64,000 nucleotides of DNA. Source: Tubiluchus corallicola (Eukaryota; Animalia; Priapulida). The notes under the pieces are model-generated. The model saw only the letters and a list, made by a program, of their open reading frames with translations, ran no database searches and was not told where the DNA came from. The translations under genes were made by a program, and so were the position numbers. Location: NCBI GenBank assembly GCA_030141605.1, contig JAQGDQ010000665.1, forward strand, positions 52,260 through 116,259, read 5' to 3'. Of the stretch, positions 37,501 to 49,500 are shown one piece after another; position 1 is the stretch's first letter, and each line of letters begins with the position of its first letter.

Positions 37501-40500
37501 CTCAGCAAACCAGTACGCAGGATGTGGATGATGCTCCGTACGAGAGCATCGCACAGAAATCCGCTCAGTTGTCGTCTAAACTGACACAAATCGTCACTCC
37601 GACGTCCGTCTCGAGAGTGAGCGCCGGCGGAGACGCAAAATCATCGTCCAGCGAAAGACGTAGTTCGAGCAGTCTGCCGGCATCCGTGTCCCTGTTCACT
37701 AGTCCAGAAATTTCCAAGTCTAAGAAGAAAAGTGACTTCGCCAGTGCAAGCGCGGATGAGTACGATACGCCGCTGAAGGAAGGCATTCAAACTGTACTGA
37801 AAGCGAAGCCAAGTACTTATCCGACTGAAGCCAGTCGTCGCGGAGAGGATGACAGTAACGACGCAGACAAAAGTACTTCTGCGGCAAAAGGGACTAAGAA
37901 AAGAGGAAAACCCCGGAAGAAACTGGACATCAGTGAACAGTTCACGTCGGCGGCAACGGGTACGGAAGACAAGTCTGTTTCGGGGAAGTGTTCCGACGTA
38001 CAACCCGGTGTTGCTGGCACGAGCACTGAGCAAAGATTAAGCATCGACGCACCTGACTTAAAGAACAAAGTTCTGGCAAAGTGGCGAGACAAACATTTTT
38101 ATCCCGGCGAAATAATCGACTACAATATAAACAAGATGGTAATCCTTTACGACGACGGCTCCATTCGCGAGCAAAAACAGTCGGAGGTGATATCGTGTGA
38201 ATCTCTAGAGAAGGGACAGCATATTATGGCACAGTTGACCGCCGATGATGATTACGAATTGGCCGTGATCGTAGCGCCGTATCAGACAGAAACGGCATGC
38301 GGTTACGTAGTGGAGGACGTGCAAACTAAAAGAAAATATTCCTGCCCAATTTCACAGACTTGTTTGAAGGTCGACCAAGCGCAACCGCTCTTGTCTACAG
38401 GATCCGCTGCTAGTACATCTAAGATTGCTCTCGAAAACATCGTAATGGGCAAACGACACGGTCGTCATCTGGACGTGTCCAGTAATCTCGACTCGTCCAC
38501 TAGCGGGCCGAACAGTGCCAAAACTACTCCGGCGAAAAAGAGGAAGAGAAAGGCGGATGCGGCCGACGTTGCGACAAGCAGCGACAGTGCTCCACCGTTG
38601 CCAAAACAGATTGCAATGATTCAAGATGAGACGCTTACCCCGAAGCATTCTAGCACGCCAACAGCCGGTAGGTTAGTTTGATTACCTAAATCCGTTCCGC
38701 ATTGTTTGTTATAAAACGTTCTGCTTTGTGTATTCAGGTGTGGTTTTACAGCCGCGGAATAGTAGCAGAATAATTTACACAAATGCTGTTATCAAACATG
38801 GGGATAACAACTGTGCATAACGGTCATCGCGCGAGTGTAAATTTACACATTTTGTACAGCGTTACTGCCGACGCAAGCCCTGCATGCAAAAAGGCAGTAT
38901 GTAAGTGGTATAAAATTTCAAGACGAATTTTTTAAGCTTGATGTAAGTGGAGGGTTTTCTTGTGCTTTAAAGACAAATATCAGTTTATGCAATTGTTTTT
39001 AACAATCGTTCATCAGATCTGCATTACTGCATATTGGATCACGCAGATGTGGAAAAACAGTTTTGATAACCGCAGCAATTTTATCGCAAGGGCTCGTGCA
39101 AAGCAGAACGCAAGACGTTGTGTTGCATGGCAAAAGAATGTTACAATACAGACAAATGTCGTGAAACAGTCATGCTCAAATTTCAAACTCGAATTTCAAA
39201 TTTTAAAGCGATTTTTTTTCGAAACCTACTTCAGGTACCCCTTTTCTTGTCCTTCAACGTAAATCATGTACGCAAAGACGCTTGTACATTTGTGGACGCC
39301 CAGCAAATGCAGACTTCACCTGTTGTTGCTTTGTGTGTATATAGATTTGGTCACATCGTAAACTAACAGAAATGCCTTTAAAACTGCAGTCTTGAGAAAG
39401 AAAGGTTTTCGTTTATTTTGCCAAACATCTACAGTTCTTTAGTTATTTTTTTGAATCACAGTAAACAATAATAACTTGTTTACTAGTCCAAAACTAAGTT
39501 ACGGTAACAGCCGTGTCATAATTCACTTTATACCAAATTTTAGAGGCAGCACAACTTGCCTTGTACTCTTTCCTCTCTGTTCTTTCTACCTCCCCCTCTT
39601 TCTCAAATACCCGAACTGTTATACCAGCCACTACGTATCGTTAGGCTTAGGAAGGAACATCGAAAAAACTCATATCTCGGTTTGCCGGAGAAAAGTGGGG
39701 AGAATTTTCTGTGCTGTTCTTTTATCTTTTAAATATCTGTGTTTTGATAAAAGTAAGTAAGTAAGTTTATTAGTTCATCACCATTTTTAAAATAGCAAAA
39801 TACATAACTAACAGATTTATAAATCTATACAACATACAATAATATTATAAAGTACAAAAGTAATTATTGATTAGTGGTGAAAGGGTGGCGAAAGAACTAT
39901 AAGTTATCGAGGTCAGCCACCCTCTCAGAATTGTTACTAATATAATTAATTAGTTAATGCGCATGTATCAGGTAATTAAAAATGATCAGATTTTCCATTT
40001 AAGACGAATGAAAAATTGAATTATTATATGAATGTGTTAGTTTATAATAAAATAATGTTCAATAATGGGAAAGAAGAGACACACGTGACCATCTTTAAAT
40101 AATAATTTAACCTTTACGTAATTAAAATTAATGTTATGGGGACCTAGAGCCAAAGGAAGAAAAAAAATTAATTTTCCGCTTGTAGCTAGCAAAAGTGGAT
40201 AAACATGTATGTTTAGTTATGAAAAAAAAGAGTTGAAAGAAAAGTATCTTAAAATTCTTTAGCATTAGCATAATATTAAAGTCTAAAGATATACAAAAGG
40301 CGTACCTTCCCTCCATAACATACATTTAAGCTGCAATGCTTACTGAAGAATTTGTACAGCAAATTCACTGTAAAAACACTATATTGATGCTGATTTCTTG
40401 TTTTCCTTAAGGAAAGTCCAAACCAGCGGGCAAAAGTGATCAAAAAGGTGCTCCTAGTCCGGTGCCTCTCTCCTCCGGCAGCCTGCGTCCTCCGGTCGCT

Positions 40501-43500
40501 CGGAGCCTATTCGATGATAACATTGGTCCCGTTCCTCCCATGGGAAGTACATTGTTTAAAGATATGAGGTTTGTGTTGACAAAAGCGGAGACAACGGGTG
40601 ATACAACTAGAGAAGTGCTGAACAGTTCTGAGGCATCGTCTACTGTGTCAACTGATGGTATGATCTCTGATCATTTACTATTACAAGTATTACTTGTAGC
40701 GTTGAGGTCGCTACCTTTGCAAAGTAATCTGTCATGATTGCTAAGTATTTCAGAAAAATTGTAATCGTATTACTGAAATTGATTTATTCTATATAATTAG
40801 AGAAGGTTTCACTTTTTAAACGTCTTTTGAAGTTATATGTGCGCTTGCAAACCATAAATCGTCCATAAGTCCCATAGTTAGAACTACATTATGATGCTTC
40901 AAAGTAGAATGCACCAAACATTTGGTAAGATGTCAATTTTTTATTATTTATGAAAACAAATACTAAATATATTGGACTTTTATATTCTAGCATCAAATTA
41001 TCAGGAAAATGTCCAAAAAATACTAAAAATCTAATTTTATAACTCCTTGCCCATTTTTCTGTCTACCAACTATTACTGCAGATGTAAAAAAAACTTTATT
41101 TTCAAACTCCAATTGTAGCTCGTTGAAGCAGCCATTTTGCTTCAGGTTTTTTCTGTTGACAAGACCAGAGCCATCTACTGGATTTAAACATAACCTCAGT
41201 TTGCTCTTGTAAAATCCATAGCAACCACACTTTCGTACAGTTAGTAAGTGTTTTGTAGAAACGTGACAAAAAACAATGGCTAACTTTAACGCTAACTTTT
41301 TCTTAAGATTATGTTTTTCAGTGTGTAGCCTGCACCTCAACTTCAACGTGGATGTAGCTTAGAAATAACATAGAGTGATGAACTTGGTATCAAAATGATC
41401 CTCATGAAATGTAGATTCAGGATATGTGAATAACTAGAAAAGATTAATTGCCGACATATGGACGATTTTGCTACGCAAGCACATTTTTATAGATAAAGAC
41501 TTTTTTATGCGCTCATTGATGTTAAACCAAAGTCTAGTGCCAGTGTTAGTGATGAATCTTGCCACATCAATCCTGCAATACTTAATAAGAAATTCATTAG
41601 GTCTTGTTGAGTAACGTCTTACGTTAATAGATAATGTGTTTAAAAAGAAAGCGGGAAGAAGTTTATGTTTGGTTTTGTGCATGTGAATAGCGGAATTAAA
41701 ATTTATGGGTTTAGATGATTTGGCGCTAGGATAGAATCAGAACTGTATTGTCACTAGAATATTCAACATAAGAAATTTTTGCATACCTTGTATGGACACA
41801 ACAATTTAACTGCTGCTAATTTTTTGGTATTTCTGGAAATCTTTGGTGTTTACGTTGACAACACGCAGTTTCGTGTCGACTAGCTTACATCATAAGATTC
41901 TTTTGTCGACAAACAGACGCTGACGTAGTTTTTGTGTATTTTTACGTGCAAAGTCTTTAGTGCAATAATTGCACTATTTTTGCATGTTGTATAGAGTAAA
42001 CTCCGCGTATCTCAAAATTGCATAACTCAAAGAATTTTAACTGAACTGATGAAATCCTTCATTTTCCCACAAAAACATCGCTTAACTCAAAATGTATAAC
42101 TCCAAATTTCACCTAACTCAAATAAACAACTATGGTCCATTTAATCAAAATACATGTAATTTACTTCGCCTAACTCAAAAATGCAATTTATACTCTAGAA
42201 AAGTTTACTACAACTCAAAAACAGTATCGTCTTCCGGCTGACGGAATAATTGAACAACAGACAAACTGAGCTGCAGTACGTAAGGCATTGGTAGCCCTAC
42301 TGTCATATTGTTTAACAGTGTTGTGTACGTGTCCTTTTGTAACATAAAAAATTGTGTTTCACTACATAATTTGTTATTATTTATGTAATTGTCATGAAAT
42401 CGCGTCGTTTATGTATAGAAGGTGTTCGGAAGATTTCTCTCTGCTTGCTCTTTAATCTAAAGTTATATTTGTGTAGAAATGCCTGTAAAACTTGGCTTCG
42501 TTATGTGCATTTAGTAAGTCAGCCAATCAGAATTGAGCACGTTTGTTTAGTCTACTAATTGGAAGCGAAGAAATCGCCATGTCTTTTACTTTTTCTGTAA
42601 TACTGAATTTAAAATAAAAGTTCTTGTGATTACTTCAAGACAAAAGGGTTGACTTTCTGCCTTCTATTTAGCTCGCCATCTGGCGGTGGGGTTTAGAGTT
42701 TCTCTGCTGGAAAATGGTCAACATCGCCTAACTCAAAGTTTTTTCTGTCCAGTTGGATTTGAGTTATGCAGAGCTTACTGTATTTACAAGAAAGTTCTTC
42801 GATTCTTGTGTTTTACTTGAAAGCAAGTCTCTGTTGAAGTATCACATTGTAGCGATTTGACGTTGACGACAACGTTGACAGTGATGTTGATGATTTTTAC
42901 AGGTGAATCAAAGGAACAGGTGCCTTTTCATAAAGAACACGTGATTAATCAGATTAAGGCCGGCGGAGGAAATGTGATAAGCAGGATTACAACATTTGAG
43001 GTAAAAACTTTTCACTTTGCACTTAGTTTCGTTTAAAGGAAAAGGCAACTCTTTCGGGAAGTTGAGCTTAGTTTAATATCTCAGAAAAATGTTAGAAAGT
43101 TTTGGCAATAAAATTGTGATAATCCCTCGTGTAATTGGTTAAAATTAATTTAAATTCGCGATCACTTCATGCTTGGGTGCATTCACTTTGAACGAAACAT
43201 CCGTCAATATAAACGCCTGCCAGTGTTTCAGCCATCTTTTTTCAGACATAGAGCAATCTCTATAAACTAATTAACTCGTCCGGCACCTACAATATGCTCC
43301 CAAGTTTGCATGCGTATCCGAAACTCAACAAAAATCTGTTAATTAACTATTTACACAATTAATGTTAATTGCTTACACATTTTAAGGTGTAGTCCTGTAG
43401 ATTAAAGCAACGTAGCCACTTTAAATGTGATCATAGTTGGTCAAATCACTGATTTCTACACAAACACACTTAAACACAAAGTTAGGCTAACGGAACTTTA

Positions 43501-46500
43501 AGCAAACTGCAGAAATTTCTCAATGCGTACCTTCATCACAGCTTGTCTTCACAGCATTCACGTCGCCCAGCAGGCTCAAGTTTACGTCATTTTTTCAAAT
43601 GTGCCAGCAGCAATGTTCATTTAGCGAAGTATAAAATATATTGAAATTTGTTTTGCATTTTCGCAGGAGAAATTTTTACAAAGGTTTTACTAGTCCTGCG
43701 TATCAGTGTGATATACTAACAGTTGACATTTTTACTCATTTAGATTCCCGGGGACGACTTGTTTCTCGTCTCGGATAATTACTGCCGGACGGAGAAGTAC
43801 CTACAGGCTCTTGCTCTGGGAATCCCGTGCGTTTCAAACATCTGGATTCGTGACTGCTGCAAATTTGTAAGTGCTTAAAAGGGGAGAGGGAGGGAATTTC
43901 AATGTATGTCTCAAAAAACCTTCCATGCAAAATGATATTACTTAGCATTATGCTTAGCTGCTTGAAAGACTTACATAATTGGAAAAGAAAATTCTTAATA
44001 ATTTAAAATGTTTCTGTCAACTGGTAAAATATCACTCACCTTCCCAGTGTGCACCGTTGACTCACCTTCCCAGTGTGCACCACTGACTCACCTTCCCAGT
44101 GTTCACCGTTGACTCACCTTCCCAGTGTGCACCACTGACTCACCGTTCCAGTGTACACCGCTGCCTCATCTTCCCAGTGTACACCTCTGACTTATCGTCC
44201 CAATGTGCACCACTGACTCACCTTCCCAGTGTGCACCACTGACTCACCGTTCCAGTGTACACCGGTGTACACCGCTGCCTCATCTTCCCAGTGTACACCG
44301 CTGACTTATCGTCCCAATGTGCACCACTGACTCACCTTCCCAGTGCGCACCACTGACTCGCCTTGCCAGTGTGCACCGCTGACTCACCTTCCCAGTGTGC
44401 ACTGCTGACTCACCTTCCCAGTGTGCACCGTTGACTCACCGTCCCAATGTGCACCGCTGACTCACCTTCCCAGTGTGCACCATCCCAATGTGCACCTCTG
44501 ACTCACCTTCCCAATGTGCACTGCTGACTCACCTTCCCAGTGTGCACTGCTGACTCACCTTCTCAGTGTGCACCGTTGACTCACCTTCCCAGTGTGCACC
44601 ACTGACTCACCTTCCCAGTGTGCACCGCTGACTCACCTAAAAGGCGCTGTTAATCTTATTGACCATAGAAAGTAATTTATACCTTTGCTTAGTTAGCCCT
44701 TAGTGCGCTACAAATGTATATAGATATAGATATATATCTGTCATGCAAAAAATTAAAAAAACATGACACATGCTCGATTTTAGTCTTACGTAGTTGAACT
44801 TTGAGATTTTTTTCGTATTTCTAGAACGTTCTACATTCATTCCAAGCTTATCTGTTGCCGGCGGGACGTAATATTGAAACTGGAGAACTCATAGATCAGC
44901 GATTGTAAGTGCAATTAGTGGTTGTCTTGTGTAATTCTGAAGGAGCGATTGTAAGTGCAATTAGTGTTTGTCTTGTGTAATTCTGGAGGAGCGATTGTAA
45001 GTGCAATTAGTGTTTGTCTTGTGTAATTCTGAAGGAGCGATTGTAAGTGCAATTAGTGTTTGTCTTGTGTAATTCTGGAGGAGCTATTGTAAGTGCAATT
45101 AGTGTTTGTCTTGTGTAATCCTGGAGGAGCGATTGTAAGTGCAATTAGTGTTTGTCTTGTGTAATTCTGAAGGAGCGATTGTAAGTGCAATTAGTGTTTG
45201 TCTTGTGTAATTCTGAAGGAGCGATTGTAAGTGCAATTAGTGTTTGTCTTGTGTAATCCTGAAGGAGCGATTGTAAGTGCAATTAGTGTTTGTCTTGTGT
45301 AATTCTGAAGGAGCGATTGTAAGTGCAATTAGTGTTTGTCTTGTGTAATCCTGAAGGAGCGATTGTAAGTGCAATTAGTGTTTGTCTTGTGTAATTCTGA
45401 AGGAGCGATTGTAAGTGCAATTAGTGTTTGTCTTGTGTAATCCTCAAGGAGCGATTGTAAGTGCAATTAGTGTTTGTTTTGTGTAATTCTGAAGGAGCGA
45501 TTGTAAGTGCAATTAGTGTTTGTCTTGTGTAATCCTGAAGGAGCGATTGTAAGTGCAATTAGTGTTTGTCTTTGTTTGGGGGGTTGTGTGTTGGTTGTTG
45601 TTTTGGGGGTTGTGTGTTGTGTTTGTTTGTGTTTGGGGGTTGTGTGTTGTGTTTGTTTGTGTTTGGGGTTGTGTGTTGGTTTGTTTTTTTGAGGAGCATT
45701 GTAAGTGCAATTAGTGTTTGTCTGTAATCTGAGGAGCGATTGTAAGTGCAATTAGTGTTTGTCTTGTGTAATCTGAAGGAGCGATTGTAAGTGCAATTAG
45801 TGTTTGTCTTGTGTAATTGGTTGTGTGTTGTGTTGTTTTGTTTGGGGGTTTGTGTTGTGTTTGTTTGTTTTGAAGGAGCGATTGTAAGTGCAATTAGTGT
45901 TTGTCTTGTGTAATCCTGGGGGTTGTGTGTTGTGTTTTTTGTGTTGGGTTGTGTGTTGGTTTGTTGTTTCTGAGGAGCGATTGTAAGTGCAATTAGTGTT
46001 TGTCTTGTGTAATCTAAGGAGCGATTGTAAGTGCAATTAGTGTTTGTCTTGTGTAATTCTGAGGAGCGATTGTAAGTGCAATTAGTGTTTGTCTTGTGTA
46101 ATCTGAAGGAGCGATTGTAAGTGCAATTAGTGTTTGTCTTGTGTAATCTGAAGGAGCGATTGTAAGTGCAATTAGTGTTTGTCTTGTGTAATCTGAGGAG
46201 CGATTGTAAGTGCAATTAGTGTTTGTCTTGTTAATTAGGAGCGATTGTAAGTGCAATTAGTGTTTGTCTTGTGTAATCTGAGGAGCGATTGTAAGTGCAA
46301 TTAGTGTTTGTCTTGTGTAATTTGAAGGGGTTTGTGTTGTGTTTGTCTTGTGTAATCTGAGGAGCGATTGTAAGTGCAATTAGTGTTTTTGTTAATTCTG
46401 AGGAGCGATTGTAAGTGCAATTAGTGTTTGTCTTGTGTAATCTGAGGAGCGATTGTAAGTGCAATTAGTGTTTGTCTTGTGTTTGGGGGTTGTGTGTTGT

Positions 46501-49500
46501 GTTTTTTGTGTAATTCTGAGGAGCGATTGTAAGTGCAATTAGTGTTTGTCTTGTGTAATCTGAAGGAGCGATTGTAAGTGCAATTAGTGTTTGTCTTGTG
46601 TAATCTGAGGAGCGATTGTAAGTGCAATTAGTGTTTGTCTTGTGTAATTCTGAAGGAGCGATTGTAAGTGCAATTAGTGTTTGTCTTGTGTAATCCTGAA
46701 GGAGCGATTGTAAGTGCAATTAGTGTTTGTCTTGTGTAATTCTGAAGGAGCGATTGTAAGTGCAATTAGTGTTTGTCTTGTGTAATCTGGCTGAGGAGCG
46801 ATTGTAAGTGCAATTAGTGTTTGTCTTGTGTAATCCTGAAGGAGCGATTGTAAGTGCAATTAGTGTTTGTCTTGTGTAATTCTGAAGGAGCGATTGTAAG
46901 TGCAATTAGTGTTTGTCTTGTGTAATCCTGAAGGAGCGATTGTAAGTGCAATTAGTGTTTGTCTTATGTAATCCTGGAGGAGGCATGTTAATGATAACAA
47001 TGCAATGCAAATTGCACTTCAGTGAACAGATTAAACTCGGGGATGTTTGCCAATGATTTCACTTTGGCTTGAGTTTCGTTTTCGTCGAAAATCGTTAAGT
47101 TTCGTAGCTGGAACTTTCCGTAATTTTCAGTAGTATTTCCGAGGTTTTAGAAGTATTTATCCAGCTTTCGTTTTTTCTCATAGATGTAAAAAATGCTGAA
47201 AAATTTTATGTTAAAATATTTCGAATAAACTGTAAATATCGTTTGTTTAACTTTTTGCACCGTTTGTAGCATGCTTTTTACGGCAATGCGGCATATCTTT
47301 AGTGCTGACTACGAAGATTTAAGCTCTCCAGACACAATCAATCGAAATATCAAAGCGCAGGTTGAATAAAACCAAGTTTAAGTTGATAATTTGTGAAATA
47401 TAGGTATCATAATATTTACAAAATAAAATTATTTAATTTTCTTCAAGCAACATGATCTTTAATAATAAACATTGTTCTACTTTTTTGGTTAGGATTTTTT
47501 GTCCAGCTACTTCATCAAGATGAATTATTATTTCGATTTGATTTCTTTTCGGTATCGGTTTCCAATGTTTTGTAAACTTCGGTTTGTAATTTCAGTTTCA
47601 GTAACACCCCCGGTTAAACCTGAAATATATTGTGCTCTATAAAGTTTCAGTTTTTACACAGAAATGGAAAGAAAATTCTCTAACTAAAATTTTCTGATGT
47701 ATTTAACTTTTTCTTCCTGGTTTAAATTAGGTTTTATTTCCAAAGAATCTTTTGCACGTTTTACTCGTGAGATGACATCAGCAAAATTCAGTCCTTAGTT
47801 ATGGCAGCATTTGCATTTGATTTGATTCACTTCTTCTTTATTTCAAACTTTCGTTCATGTCATATTAGTACAAGATTAAAAATATATACAACGAAAATAC
47901 AAGTAAATAAACAAAACAACATTACAAAAAAATAAAAATAACATTTCGCATTGCCTTCAATCATTGTATCAATGAATATCAACAATGTAAAAATTAAACA
48001 TACAATATCCGTCTCCAAATCTTTCTTTCACTGGAAGTAAATAAAGTATCACTACCGAATATCGTTCTACACAACAAGTTTTCACTGTTTGAAATTTTAG
48101 TATCCAGACTGTAAATGCTTTGTCCTGTAAATAACATCAAAGTACACTAATTTATGAGTCACAGAAATGTCCCTGGCACTGTGATCGAACTCATAATTAA
48201 AAAATTTGATTAAAGAAAACTTGTTTTTACGATAAATTTGACCTTTAAATTTTCACGTATTAGCAGCCTGTTTTGTCCTCGACGGAAGGTGACATCAGCA
48301 ATAGGTCGATGGGACAGTCGCGGTCCGTTTAATGGAAGTTATTCACGTTTAACCAATACTAAATTAATCGTTAATCAATCCAAAATCTGTTTGCTGTTGT
48401 TTTTATACAGTTGTGAGATTATCTGTTGTTTTTCTCTATTACACAAAAAATTAATTTACATAATAGCTCTTGTTAAATAGGTGTCATTTGAAAGGAAAGT
48501 CTGGAAGTTCATTTTGTGCATTTTACTTGTTAAATGAACTCCTTAGTCCTTAGTTTCAGCAGTGTTTGCATTTGGTTATCACATGACACATTTCATTGTG
48601 TAACATTGTTTACAAATTCAGCATCACAAAATCCAACGAAGCCATTGCTAGCACGTTTAAGTTTCTCGAGAAGTTTTTCTCTTTTTGTCACGGAGATTGT
48701 TTTACATTCGTGCTGCCTTGATTATTTCAGACGACATTTCCATAAGAAGTGCCTGCTGGAGAAGCGGATGCTCGTGCTCGACGAGAAACTGACGAAAACG
48801 TGGATGAAGGTGCTGCTCTCTGCTGGCTGCGGTGTGATTTCCGATTCCAAAGCACTCGAATCAGGTTTGTAACGTGTCTCTGACTTCAGGCTGTTGCAGC
48901 AATAATTACGTTTTTAATTTATAATATGCGTGCATTATTACTTGACCATCGCATCGTGAATTTGATATAACCAGTTGTGGAATTGAACCCACAACCTTCA
49001 GCATGGAAAACACGGAAATCTATAAATATTTTGTTCATCTCAGCAAGTGATTGCAAAAAAGTCCAAGGGTAAATCTTCAATCTGTAAGCTAAGTGTATTT
49101 GGTTAGCCGAACAGCCAAACACCACGGCCAGTTCAGTGGCTTATCTGAGAGGATTGTAATTGATAATAAACAAGATTGAAATTGAACAATTGAAAATTCC
49201 TGTTTAGCCACACTTGCCCGCGTGGGATATGCTCCTGCATATCATTTTAATAAATTAGCATATTATTACATTGAAAAAAAAGGCGGTAACTCGTTCAGGA
49301 CCAAAACTCGTTAATGCATTTTACGTGGGTTCATGAAAAACTGCTCTCACTAAGCAGCGATTACGTCACATTGCATAATTTTTGTAGGTTTTGAAAAAAT
49401 TGAAAAAGCTTTTCAGTAACTGCAGTGTTTGCACTGTAACAATGTACAGCATCAGCATCACTTGTGTGAAATTGGCTAATGTAGAAAATTTCAACTATCC

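Noticed and set aside
45467-46905. Many MHLQSLL.. ORFs
   Set aside because: Products of the 46-bp repeat; no coding evidence.
44898-46982. Regular 26-51 bp repeats (also 255-1130, 34385-34900, 44031-44638, 63412-64000) as CRISPR arrays
   Set aside because: Units are head-to-tail with no unique spacers, there are no cas genes, and the context is eukaryotic introns.
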